Assembly: GCA_036398735.1 (NCBI GenBank)
Contig: DASWON010000221.1
Coordinates: 1 to 56,907, forward strand
Direction: 5' to 3'
Origin: Rhodopila sp.
Lineage (GTDB): Bacteria > Pseudomonadota > Alphaproteobacteria > Acetobacterales > Acetobacteraceae
Length of the DNA: 56,907 nucleotides
A program made the position numbers and the translations under genes. Each line of letters opens with the position of its first letter. Within the stretch, counting starts at the first letter, position 1. The notes beneath the pieces are model-generated. The model was given only the letters and a program-made list of their open reading frames with translations, was not told the DNA's origin and did not search any database. Shown here in pieces: positions 9,763-19,501 of the stretch.

Positions 9763-9918
9763 GCGGAGCCACCATGGCCGTTGGCGTGTCATCCTCCCAG
9801 AGCCTGCGTGTGCAGGTGGGTGCCAGATACCGAGACCAAGATCCCGGCAGCGCCAGCCCCCGAGGGAGATGCTTACTGGCCCCGGGGATGAGCTACCTGA
9901 CGCACCGGGTAGCCCCGC
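9763..9918 (-). ncRNA. ssrS: 6S RNA
   Basis: About 156 nt directly upstream of ygfA (conserved ssrS-ygfA synteny). Terminal stem GCGGGGCTACC...GGTGGCTCCGC; internal TCATCC/GGATGA pairing consistent with a long rod. Confidence 0.8.
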
Positions 9919-9925
9919 ATGACGT

Positions 9926-9953
9926 AAAGTAGGGTTTGGAATGGAATTAGCAA
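9926..9953 (-). promoter_or_regulatory. Sigma70-like promoter for 6S RNA
   Basis: TTGCTA-N16-TACTTT, ending 7 nt before the predicted 5' end of the RNA. Confidence 0.5.
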
Positions 9954-11185
9954 GGCGCGTGCCGGACTGCCTGCCAGATGACGCCCGGGGGACGAGTGGG
10001 TTTTCCGGCGCAGGGGCTCGATGGTGCCCCGGTGATCGCCGGCACACCCAGCCCGTCGAGCAACCGGCGACCAGCCGGATGGCCGGTTTATATTGCCGTT
10101 CGGCGAAACCGGCCGATCGCCATTCTCATCCAGCATCATCGTATGCTGATTGCGATCGTGACGGATTGATCCGAACTGAGCCTGACCCGCCGGTGGTTCG
10201 GCCGGACCGCAACAGCGGCGCGGCCCTGTCCGGGGACCGTTCCAGAGGTGTCGTATTGATGCAGTTTCTTAGGGCCCGGCATGCGGCCGCGGCAGATGAC
10301 CGTACCATGGCCATGCCGGCCGATCAGGAGTGCCCGGCGCCTATCGATCTGGGCGATCGCGGGTGTGCCCTGACCGCAGCATATTCTGGAATGATCATCG
10401 CATCGAGACCGGAACCGCGCTTCGCACGGAAATGGTAGCGGGCCGGGGCCACGGGACGAGAGTGCGGCGGGAAATCGTAGCAGACGATACTGGATCGCCG
10501 GAACTATGCAGATCTAATATCGTAAAGAAACGATCGGCGCGGAGCTTCCGAAGCGATGTCGAGCGGCAAGGCCTGTTGCGGTTTGGTGATGAGATGCGCG
10601 GCGCCGGACCGGAGGTGCCGGCGAATCTCTGTCTATATAAATGCATTTTCAGAATGCAATCGGTTGACGAGCGGGAACCGGCAAATCAGTTCAAGCGCAG
10701 GAGCCTTCATCCATCCCGTATGCCTCCCCGCGAAAGTTCTGCTAAAGTTAACTCGCCGCATTTATCCGCTGGCAATGTCGCGCTTGTGCTGACCGTCCGG
10801 CCCGCCGGAGGCCTTCCCGGACGGACCATCCGCGACTTGCGATGCTTCGCAGTCCAATAGCGGCCCGCCGGATTTTTGACCTTTCCGCGACCGCGAGCGG
10901 GCTGGTCTCTTATCAGTTTCCTGCACAGCCGCCACGTCGGCCCTGCTCGAATGCCGGTCAACGCGAGGTGGGGAGTCAACGCGGACCGGTATCACCCATC
11001 GGGTCACCTGGCCAGTCCACGTTCGCGTACCGGCTCACCCGGTGACGACGCGAGGGGCTGCCATCCGTGGGCGGATCCAGTCACAGTGAAGGGCCTCTGT
11101 GCAACGGCATGCGGCTGTCACCCTTCTGACTCCGGGCGTCGGATCGGGCGATCCGCAGTGACCGCCGGATGTCGTGACGCCCTCT

Positions 11186-11611
11186 CTACGGATTGCAGAT
11201 CGTATCGGTGCTCGACGCTGAGCCCGACGCGCCGCCGGAGCACAGGTCGTAATCATGGCCGTCGCGGCTGGATGGATTGCGATAGATGTAGGCGTGGTTC
11301 CAGGGATCGACGGGCTCGGCGCCCTTTACATAAGGACCATTCCACGCGGTTGCGCCGGTTGGCCGCTCGACGAGTGCGCGCAGGCCCTGCTCGGTCGTTG
11401 GGTAAGCCCCGGTGTCGAGCTTGTACATATCCAGGACGGATCCGATCCGCTCAATCGACTGTTTCGCTACCGAGACGCGAGCGCCGCCGAGCTGGCGCAG
11501 CGCCGCCGGAGCAACGAGTCCAATCAGCAACCCGAGGATGGCGATGACGACGAGAAGTTCCAGCAGGGTAAAGCCTGCCTCATCGCCCGCGCGGCGGGAG
11601 TTTCGTATCAT
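11186..11611 (-). CDS. gspG: Type II secretion major pseudopilin GspG-like (orphan)
   Basis: Prepilin motif G|FTLLELLVVIAILGLL, plus YKLDTGAYPTTEQGLRAL, WNGPY and DPWNHAYIY. Confidence 0.85.
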   Translation of the reverse strand: MIRNSRRAGDEAGFTLLELLVVIAILGLLIGLVAPAALRQLGGARVSVAKQSIERIGSVLDMYKLDTGAYPTTEQGLRALVERPTGATAWNGPYVKGAEPVDPWNHAYIYRNPSSRDGHDYDLCSGGASGSASSTDTICNP

Positions 11612-12471
11612 GTATGCTCATCGAATCAATGGTGCCTCGGCGACCGGCGGTCGCGTTCGCAGGCATAGCAGCCAGTGCCCGGGCCGCAAGTTGCAGTTTT
11701 AAAACAGCGGGAGGCGTGATCGCGACGGCCGGGATGTGCGCCGCGGGTGCTGATCCACAGGTCCCGACATGGTTTGGTCCGGTTGGCCAGGCGATCAGGG
11801 AGCCACGTTCGCCGGAGCACCATGCCAACCCGCGCCGGCCGCCGGCGCGCGGGCATGACGCCGGCCAGTCCCATCAGCCACCGGCGTGCCCGCGCTGCTT
11901 GCGCCGGTAGGCCGAAGTCCACACCACCGACCAGAGCGGGCGGTCCGGTCGAGCCGGTTAGGGAGCACCTCTATGCAGGCAGCTTCCGCTAATGCGGAGG
12001 ATCGCTGAAGCGCGACTGGGTCAGTAGCTTGCTTTCAGGGGTGACAGGGAACGCCGCCGGAAACCTCTGCGTCATCGTAGGGCGAGCGAGCGCGCGAGTG
12101 CGGGACCGGCCCGACGACTCATGACTTGCAGCCGAATGTTTCGCAAGTGTGAGCGGTCGGGGCGGGCATGACGATAGGGGACAAGCCACACGATTGCGAG
12201 TTACCATGAAACTGCGCCTGAGACGGTCAGGACGGGTGCCCGAAAGAAGATGCTTCGGCAGAAGGACTCCAGGCCACGGTGGCGACGCAAAATCGCAGGC
12301 GATTCATATGCAAGTAATTATAATAACGGTTTGTAATTAAAGGTGCCCGAGATCTCTCGACCGCGCTGATTCCGCTAGCAGGACGACGTCGCACTCGCGG
12401 TCAGCAGTATCAGCGGTAGCCACAGCAAAACCCGCCGCCGCAGCGGTCTCCGCCAGCCTGGTCGATAGCGG

Positions 12472-12795
12472 CTATTTCGTCTCCAGCCCCTCGGCGATCT
12501 CCTCGGCGCGCTTGGCCATCCGGTTGAGCTTCCGGCCGAGTCGCGGATCGGTCTTCGGGGTTGCCTCGGCCGCCTCCAGGGCTTCGATCCTCGAGCGCAG
12601 CTCGAAGATATCGTCCGCCATCAGCAGGGCCGCCATCACCAGCATCCGTGCCTCCCCGCTCGGCCCGGCCGCCAGACGGACACCTTCGATGCGGCGGCTG
12701 ACCTCGGCCCCCATCGCCTCGAGGTGCTTTTCCTCGCCGTCCTTGCAGCCGAGGGTATAGGCGTACCCATTGATGCGAAGCGTCACCTGCGCCAT
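12472..12795 (-). CDS. zapA: Cell division protein ZapA
   Basis: MAQVTLRINGYAYTLGCKDGEEKHL...MLVMAALLMADD. Confidence 0.9.
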   Translation of the reverse strand: MAQVTLRINGYAYTLGCKDGEEKHLEAMGAEVSRRIEGVRLAAGPSGEARMLVMAALLMADDIFELRSRIEALEAAEATPKTDPRLGRKLNRMAKRAEEIAEGLETK

Positions 12796-12814
12796 CGCGC
12801 CATGCTCCCCTGGT

Positions 12815-13015
12815 TCACTCTGGTTTGCCGAGAGCCACCCGCAGGCGGCTGATCAGCTGGTCGAGGCGTTCGGCGATCTCCGGGATCGACAGCTCGGATT
12901 CAGGCACAGGTGCTGCCGCGGGCGCCGGCTGTACAGCCGCCATCCGCGCGATACGCTCCAATGCGGCCTCCAGCCGATCTGCCGCTGCCTCCGGATCTTC
13001 GGGCTCGTCCGACAT
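12815..13015 (-). CDS. Small coiled-coil protein upstream of zapA (ZauP/DUF4164-like position)
   Basis: AADRLEAALERIA...IAERLDQLISRLRVAL; co-oriented with and just upstream of zapA. Confidence 0.65.
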   Translation of the reverse strand: MSDEPEDPEAAADRLEAALERIARMAAVQPAPAAAPVPESELSIPEIAERLDQLISRLRVALGKPE

Positions 13016-13084
13016 ATGCGCCTCTGTCATGTGAACTGCTGATGCCGCTTGATCGGAACGCGGTCAACAGGTTCAACGTCAATC

Positions 13085-13495
13085 ATGGTTGTTCATCGGG
13101 CTGTGATCGTCCATGGGCTGGCGGACGCGAGGGCGGCGCTGGCCCCCGGTTTGCCGGTCACGCTGCTGTCCGCGCCGGGCGCGGCGCTGTATGCCGGGTG
13201 CCTGTGGTGGCTGGAACTGGTCAAAGCGGCCCGCGCGGACCACACCGCTACCGAGGCGACCGACATCCTGGATTGCGCCGATGCTTCCGGCATGGCGATG
13301 GGCGCGCTGCGCAGCGGACTCTGCCGCCTCGTGCTGTGGCCGGGTGCTCCCGGGTGGCAGCGGGTCGCGGCGGTCGCGCAAAGCCAGGGCGGTTTTGTTC
13401 TGGCGCGGGCGCCGGAGGCCCTGGACCTCTCACAGCGTGGCGCCATCCGCCGACTGGATGCCTGGCTGCGGGGCGCCGGGTGTGGGGGCGGGTGA
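13085..13495 (+). CDS. Hypothetical protein upstream of the aldolase
   Basis: Protein-like sequence AVIVHGLADARAAL...VTLLSAPGAALYAG...ILDCADASG; co-oriented with fbaB-thiE. Confidence 0.6.
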   Translation: MVVHRAVIVHGLADARAALAPGLPVTLLSAPGAALYAGCLWWLELVKAARADHTATEATDILDCADASGMAMGALRSGLCRLVLWPGAPGWQRVAAVAQSQGGFVLARAPEALDLSQRGAIRRLDAWLRGAGCGGG

Positions 13496-13564
13496 CAAGC
13501 CGCCCTCCCCTGAGCTAGTACGCTCCTCTTTGGGCAGGGATCATTCAGGAAAGGACCGGCTGCG

Positions 13565-14479
13565 ATGCGCGTTACCCAAAAAGTAAAAAAGATCCTCGAC
13601 TGGTACGAGGGCGATAACCCTGGCGTGAAGGCTAACCTCGCCCGCATTCTTTCCACAGGCAAGCTCGGCGGCACCGGCAAGGTCCTGATCCTGCCGGTCG
13701 ATCAGGGCTTCGAACATGGCCCGGCCCGCAGCTTCGCACCGAATCCACCGGCCTATGACCCGCATTACCATTACCAGCTGGCGATCGAGGCCGGGTTGAA
13801 CGCCTACGCCGCGCCGCTGGGAATGATCGCGCAGGGTGCCGACACGTTCGCAGGCCAGATCCCGACGATTCTTAAGTGCAACAGCTCCAACAGCCTCGCG
13901 ACCAACAAGGATCAGGCGGTCACCGCCGGGGTCAAGGACGCGCTGCGCCTTGGCTGCGCGGGAATCGGCTTCACCATCTATCCGGGAAGCGAGTTCGCCT
14001 TTGCCCAGATGGAGGAACTGCGGGAGCTGACGGCGGAAGCCAAGGACGCCGGGCTTGCCGTCGTCGTATGGAGCTACCCGCGCGGCCCGAACCTCGACAA
14101 GGCGGCTGAGACGGCCCTCGATATCTGTGCCTATGCGGCGCAGATGGCAGCCCTGCTGGGTGCCAACATCATCAAGGTGAAGCCGCCGACCGCGGTCATC
14201 AGCCTGGAAGCCGCGAAAAGATCCTACGAAGGCTTTGACACCTCCACCTTGGCCAGGCGCGTGGAGCACGTGATGCAGGCATCGTTCGCCGGCAAACGCG
14301 TGGTCGTGTTCTCCGGCGGTGAGGCCAAGGATCTGGACGGCGTCTACGATGAGGTGCGGGGGATCCGCGACGGCGGCGGCAACGGCAGCATCATCGGGCG
14401 CAACACGTTCCAGCGTCCGAAGGAGCAGGCGCTGGAGATGCTGAGCAAGATCATCGACATCTACCTCGGCAAGGCCTGA
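13565..14479 (+). CDS. fbaB: Class I fructose-bisphosphate aldolase (DhnA type)
   Basis: ILPVDQGFEHGPARSF, WSYPRG, IIKVK and IIGRNTFQR motifs. Confidence 0.9.
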   Translation: MRVTQKVKKILDWYEGDNPGVKANLARILSTGKLGGTGKVLILPVDQGFEHGPARSFAPNPPAYDPHYHYQLAIEAGLNAYAAPLGMIAQGADTFAGQIPTILKCNSSNSLATNKDQAVTAGVKDALRLGCAGIGFTIYPGSEFAFAQMEELRELTAEAKDAGLAVVVWSYPRGPNLDKAAETALDICAYAAQMAALLGANIIKVKPPTAVISLEAAKRSYEGFDTSTLARRVEHVMQASFAGKRVVVFSGGEAKDLDGVYDEVRGIRDGGGNGSIIGRNTFQRPKEQALEMLSKIIDIYLGKA

Positions 14480-14483
14480 TCCA

Positions 14484-15140
14484 ATGGCCGCGGCGGAAGG
14501 CGGCGACGCGGCGGGCTGCCGCGTCTATCTGATCACTCCGCCCGCGTTCGATCCCGTGCCGTTCGCCGGTCTGCTGGCGGCGGCACTCGACGCGGACGAT
14601 GTGGCGGCGGTGCAGTTGCGATTGAAGGACGTGGGCGACGACGTCTGGCACCGGGCGATCGATGCGCTGCGGCCGGTGTGCCAGTCGCGCGGCGTCGCGT
14701 TCCTGTTGAACGACCGCGCCGATCTGGTGAAGGCGACCGGCTGCGATGGCGCCCATGTCGGGCAGGAGGACATGCCCGCGCGTGAGGCTCGTCGGCTGAT
14801 GGGGCCGGATCTGACCTTGGGCGTAACCTGCAAGGGGAGCCGCGACCTGGCCATGCAGGCGGGCGAGGACGGTGCCGATTACGTTGCCTTCGGCGCATTT
14901 TACCCATCCAGCACGAAGGCCGTGACGAACCTGCTGGATCCCGAGATCCTGGCATGGTGGTCCGAGATGATGGAGCTGCCAAGCTGCGCCATCGGCGGCA
15001 TCACGCCCGAGAACTGTGCGCCTCTGGTGCGGGCGGGGGCGGATTTTCTGGCCGTCGTCGGGTGCGTGTGGAATAATCCCGAAGGGCCGGCGGCCGGCGT
15101 CAGGGCGCTGAATGCGGCGATCCGAGAGGCTGCCGATTGA
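14484..15140 (+). CDS. thiE: Thiamine phosphate synthase
   Basis: VQLRLK, LLNDRADL, DGAHVGQED, ADYVAFG and AIGGIT motifs. Confidence 0.88.
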   Translation: MAAAEGGDAAGCRVYLITPPAFDPVPFAGLLAAALDADDVAAVQLRLKDVGDDVWHRAIDALRPVCQSRGVAFLLNDRADLVKATGCDGAHVGQEDMPAREARRLMGPDLTLGVTCKGSRDLAMQAGEDGADYVAFGAFYPSSTKAVTNLLDPEILAWWSEMMELPSCAIGGITPENCAPLVRAGADFLAVVGCVWNNPEGPAAGVRALNAAIREAAD

Positions 15141-15158
15141 CTGTTGCGTGGGTATGGC

Positions 15159-15193
15159 CCACGCCACGCCACGCCACGCCACGCCACGCCACG
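15159..15193. repeat. Pentanucleotide microsatellite (CCACG)7
   Basis: Seven perfect tandem CCACG units just after the thiE stop. Confidence 0.9.
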
Positions 15194-15483
15194 CATGGCA
15201 CAGCACGCCACCGCCGCGTTTGGCGACGGGGCGATGGATCTCGCCCTACTGCCGCCGAGGCGGTCGTCCCGAAGTCTGCCAGCGCGACCGCTGCTTGCGG
15301 CGTTACGGCCGTTGCGATCGGCCTCGCCGATACGAACGGCCCCATACACCGCGACCCCACAGCCCAGCGCCATCGTGCTGAGTCTGCCGGCGCGACCGCT
15401 GCTGCCGGCGCTGCGCAACAGTAAGCGCTACCGCGAGCGGTCACGGGGGCTCTTCATCGAATGTTCCCCGCAGGGATGAGCCG

Positions 15484-16497
15484 TTACGCAGGCGGACGCT
15501 CCGCGGCCAGCACCTCGGCGGCGCTGCTGACTATACGATTGCGACCGCCGGCCTTGGCGCGATACAGCGCATGATCCGCCGCGTCGATCAGCTTGATCGG
15601 ACCATCGTCGCTGGCTGACGGAGTGAATGAGGCCGTGCCGGCACTGACCGTGACAATGCCCGCGTCGCTGTCGGGGTGCTCGATGGCCAGAGCTGAGACG
15701 GCCTGACGAATCTGCTCCGCCACGACGAAGGCGCCGCTTGCCTCGGTCCCCGGCAGCAGCACGACGAACTCTTCGCCGCCGAATCGGGCGGTCTGATCGC
15801 CGGGTCGGCGCATGACGCTGGTGATCGCGCCACTGATCCGGCGGAGACATTCGTCCCCGGCGAGATGGCCGTAGCGGTCGTTGTAGGCCTTGAAATGATC
15901 GACATCCAGCAGCAGGACACTCAGCGGCAGCTCTTGCCGACGGGCGCGGCGAAACTCCTCCTCCAGCCGCTCATCAAAGCGGCGGCGGTTGGCGAGCCCG
16001 GTCAGGCCGTCCTGCAGCGCCAGCCTCTGCAGGACCTGGTTTGCCGCGCCAAGCGTTTCGTTAGCTTCGGCGAGCATGGTTTCGGCCAGCTTGAATTCGG
16101 TGATGTCCCGGATGATCCCGAGCGCGCCGCCGTCCTCCGGAAGATAGCGGTAGCGGGCTTCCACCCAGATGACGCCGCCATCCTTGCGGATGGCCCTGAA
16201 GGTAAGGGTCTGGTTGGGCCGAGCCGGACCGATCTGCCGAAACCGCGTCGCAATCTCCGCGCGGTCGCTGGGGTGCACCAGCATATCCGACAGCCAGCCC
16301 AGCAATTCGCCCGGTTCGTAGCCCAGCATTTCGCGGCACGAGGGCGAGACGTACGTCCGATCGTGGCGGGCGTCGTATCGGATGATCAGATCGGCACTGT
16401 GCTCGATCATAAGCCGATACATCTCCGCCTGTTCCGCGCTGTCGTACTCGTCCGCGTGATCGGTCCGCGAACGAGGGGTCTCGTCGTCCTGGGTCAT
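15484..16497 (-). CDS. PAS-GGDEF diguanylate cyclase
   Basis: PAS domain (YVSPSCREMLGY...VHPSD...IWVE...RDIT), DGLTGLANRR, RPGD I-site and GGEEF active site. Confidence 0.92.
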   Translation of the reverse strand: MTQDDETPRSRTDHADEYDSAEQAEMYRLMIEHSADLIIRYDARHDRTYVSPSCREMLGYEPGELLGWLSDMLVHPSDRAEIATRFRQIGPARPNQTLTFRAIRKDGGVIWVEARYRYLPEDGGALGIIRDITEFKLAETMLAEANETLGAANQVLQRLALQDGLTGLANRRRFDERLEEEFRRARRQELPLSVLLLDVDHFKAYNDRYGHLAGDECLRRISGAITSVMRRPGDQTARFGGEEFVVLLPGTEASGAFVVAEQIRQAVSALAIEHPDSDAGIVTVSAGTASFTPSASDDGPIKLIDAADHALYRAKAGGRNRIVSSAAEVLAAERPPA

Positions 16498-16558
16498 GGT
16501 AAGGTGGCGCTCCAGGGGGCCAACCCGATGGCCTCGGCCTCCACTATCCCACCGCGGG

Positions 16559-16574
16559 GTTAAGGAGGCGTTAA
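16559..16574 (-). promoter_or_regulatory. CtrA-binding box (TTAA-N7-TTAAC)
   Basis: The minus strand reads TTAACGCCTCCTTAAC, about 60 bp upstream of the diguanylate cyclase start. Confidence 0.65.
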
Positions 16575-16962
16575 GCGCTCGGTGCCACGTCGCGCCGCGA
16601 TCGATCCCGTCAGCGACGCGGCATGATGGCGCTAGTCCCGCCCGTCCCGTCGCGGGACCGGGGTCTCAGGATCCAGGTATCAGGGTGCCGGTTGAACCGC
16701 AGACCCGTGAGTGCGGCCCTCCCTCATGCCGGCGGCCGGGTCATGGGCCCGTCGTTGATCGGCCGGACGCTGGTATCTGACTGATTACGCGCGCAATCGC
16801 TATACCAGCATGCGTATGGATTGCGAGTGCGGTCGGGGCCAATCGAGCGCGCCCACCCGCCGACGTTCCCGGACGTGCGTATTTTCCGGGCGCGCGTATG
16901 ATTGGGTACGTGCCAGCCAGCCCCGCGGGCCACTGGTATCCGTTCACAGAAGGACCGTAGCC

Positions 16963-18399
16963 ATGGACCCGACATTCCTCTCCGCGACGCAACTGGCGGA
17001 ACTTGTCCGAAACCGGAAGATCGGCGCCCTGGAACTCCTCGACCACTACATCGGCCGCACCGAAGCGCTCGATCCGCGCATCAACGCGATTGTGGTGCGT
17101 GACTTTGAACGGGCTCGGGTGCGTGCCCGCGCGCTCGATTCCGAGGCGGACAAGTCCGCCCCGCTGTTCGGCGTGCCAATGACCGCGAAGGAAAGCTTCG
17201 ATATCGAGGGGCTGCCAACCACCCGCGGGCATGCGGAACTGAAAGACCAGCCGGTGCGGAAATCCACCGTGGCCGTGCGCCGCCTGGAGGCAGCCGGCGC
17301 AGTCGTCTTCGGCAAGACCAACGTTCCCGTCGATCTCGCCGACTGGCAGAGCTACAATCCGGTCTACGGCACGACCTCCAACCCGTGGAACATCGATCAC
17401 ACACCGGGCGGTTCATCCGGCGGATCAGCGGCGGCGCTGGCCGCGGGCCTGACCGGGTTCGAGATCGGCACCGATATCGGCGGTTCGATCCGCGTGCCGG
17501 CGCATTACTGTGGCGTGTTCGGCCACAAACCCACATATGCGCTGCTGCCAAACTATGGCGATCCGGCAACGAGTTCGGCGGCAGGCACCGACATCGCCGT
17601 CATGGGGCCGCTCGGCCGGTCGGCATCCGACCTTGCGGTCGCGCTGGACATCCTGGCGGTGCCGGACCCCGATGAGACGACCATGACGATGAACCTGCCG
17701 GCGCCACGTTTCGCGACGCTGAAGGATCTGCGGGTCGCGGTGTGGGCGGAGCAGCCGGGTCAGGTGACGGACCGGGAAACCATCGCAAAGCTGCTCGAAC
17801 TTGCCGACGCACTGGAACGCGAGGGGGTCACCGTCAGCCGCACCGCGCGGCCGCCGTTCGACCCGACCGAGGCCTATCACCTGTACCTCCGGCTTCTGGA
17901 TGCCGCCTGGAGTTCGCGGGTCCCCGAGGCGGCGCTGCACGACAAGCGCAAGCGCGCTGCGCAGTTGACCGACAGCGACATGACCGCTGACGACATCATG
18001 GTCCGTATGGTCGACGTCACTCACCGCACCTGGCTCGGCCTGAACGAGAAGCGGTTCCAGTGGCGGCGGGCGTGGTCGGCCTTCTTCCGGGAGTGGGACG
18101 TGCTGCTGTGTCCGGTTATCGCCACGGCCGCGCTGCCGCACCGCCAGGACGGACAGACGTGGGAGCGGAAGATCACCGTCGACGGCAAGGAGATTGCCTA
18201 CAACGACATGCTGTTCTGGCCCGGCCTCACATGCGGCTTCCACCTGCCGGGGACGGTCGCACCGATGGGCCTTACCAAAGCGGGCCTGCCGCTTGGCGTC
18301 CAGATTGCCGGACCGGTGTATGGCGACCGTTCCACCATCGCCGTCGCGGCCCTGCTTGAACAGACATGGATGGGGTTCAAGCCGCCGTCCGGCTGGTAG
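16963..18399 (+). CDS. Amidase signature family protein
   Basis: GVPMTAKES, GKTNVP, PGGSSGGSAAA and GTDIGGSIRVPA motifs. RBS AAGGA before MDPTF. Confidence 0.92.
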   Translation: MDPTFLSATQLAELVRNRKIGALELLDHYIGRTEALDPRINAIVVRDFERARVRARALDSEADKSAPLFGVPMTAKESFDIEGLPTTRGHAELKDQPVRKSTVAVRRLEAAGAVVFGKTNVPVDLADWQSYNPVYGTTSNPWNIDHTPGGSSGGSAAALAAGLTGFEIGTDIGGSIRVPAHYCGVFGHKPTYALLPNYGDPATSSAAGTDIAVMGPLGRSASDLAVALDILAVPDPDETTMTMNLPAPRFATLKDLRVAVWAEQPGQVTDRETIAKLLELADALEREGVTVSRTARPPFDPTEAYHLYLRLLDAAWSSRVPEAALHDKRKRAAQLTDSDMTADDIMVRMVDVTHRTWLGLNEKRFQWRRAWSAFFREWDVLLCPVIATAALPHRQDGQTWERKITVDGKEIAYNDMLFWPGLTCGFHLPGTVAPMGLTKAGLPLGVQIAGPVYGDRSTIAVAALLEQTWMGFKPPSGW

Positions 18400-18666
18400 G
18401 ACCGGGTCGTCCGCATGCTGCCTGCCCGGTCGCAGGCCCTCCCGCGGCACCGACATCGGGTGTCGTCGGTTCGACGCCGGTCGCGCCAGCATGAAGCAGG
18501 GATGCGGCGGGGTATTCGCCAGGCCCGGCGCGGATCCGGCTCGCATCAGGAACGACAGGCCGTGGCAGGGCGGCGGCCGGACGACCGCGGAACCGGCCGC
18601 GACTGGGCTCGTGGGCGGGCCGGCCGAGTTGATTCAAACCCGATACCCCTGTAACCCCGATCGACA

Positions 18667-19416
18667 ATGATTGAACTCTCAGCAGCGCCCGCGAGCTTGC
18701 CGCCTGGCCGTCGTATCTACGCCATCGGCGACATCCATGGCTGCGCCAGGCAACTCGCCAACCTGCATGACAGCATCGCCGAAGACTTGGCTTGCCGCCC
18801 GGTCGCCTCGGCGCTGCTGCTGCATATCGGTGACTATGTCGATCGCGGCGCCGACACCGCCGGCGTGATCGCGCGCCTCGTCGACGGTTGCCCGATTCCC
18901 GGCATGGACATGGTGAATCTGATGGGCAATCACGAAAGCACCATGCTCGACGCCTTGTCCGGGGAGCGGGCGGCCGGCACCGACTGGCTGTTCGCCGGCG
19001 GCAAGGCGGCGCTGCAAAGCTATGGCATCGACCCGGACGGACCACGGGACCGGTGGGCCACGCTGATCCCCGGATCGCACCAGGATTTCCTCCGGGACCT
19101 GGTCCTGATGCACCGGGAAGGCGGCTACGCCTTCATTCACGCCGGCGTCCGACCGGGCATCCAGCTCGAGAACCAGGCGCGCGACGACCTGCTGCGCTCG
19201 CGTCAGCCATTCCTGTATTCCGAGGCCGACTTCGGCGCCGTCGTCGTGCACGGTCACACGCCGGTGAAGGCGCCCGTGGTCCGGCACAACCGTATCGCCA
19301 TCGATACGGGGGCGGTGTTCGGCGGCAAGATGAGCTGCGTCGTGCTGGAGGGCGACACGCTGGGTTTCCTGACCGCCGACCCGGTGGATGCGGCGGTTTC
19401 CATTGCCCATCGGTAA
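18667..19416 (+). CDS. Ser/Thr phosphatase-like metallophosphoesterase (PrpA/PphA-like)
   Basis: GDIHG, GDYVDRG, GNHE, HAG, HGHTP and IDTGA motifs. Confidence 0.9.
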   Translation: MIELSAAPASLPPGRRIYAIGDIHGCARQLANLHDSIAEDLACRPVASALLLHIGDYVDRGADTAGVIARLVDGCPIPGMDMVNLMGNHESTMLDALSGERAAGTDWLFAGGKAALQSYGIDPDGPRDRWATLIPGSHQDFLRDLVLMHREGGYAFIHAGVRPGIQLENQARDDLLRSRQPFLYSEADFGAVVVHGHTPVKAPVVRHNRIAIDTGAVFGGKMSCVVLEGDTLGFLTADPVDAAVSIAHR

Positions 19417-19501
19417 CCTGACCGCGACAGGTCTCCGCGCGCATGTTTCCCTTGGCCGCGCTTCCTGCTAGCTAGCGCCCCCCGGAGACACGCGCACACC
19501 C

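Noticed and set aside
10330-10860. 176-aa ORF between 6S RNA and gspG
   Set aside because: No RBS, atypical composition and no recognisable motif.
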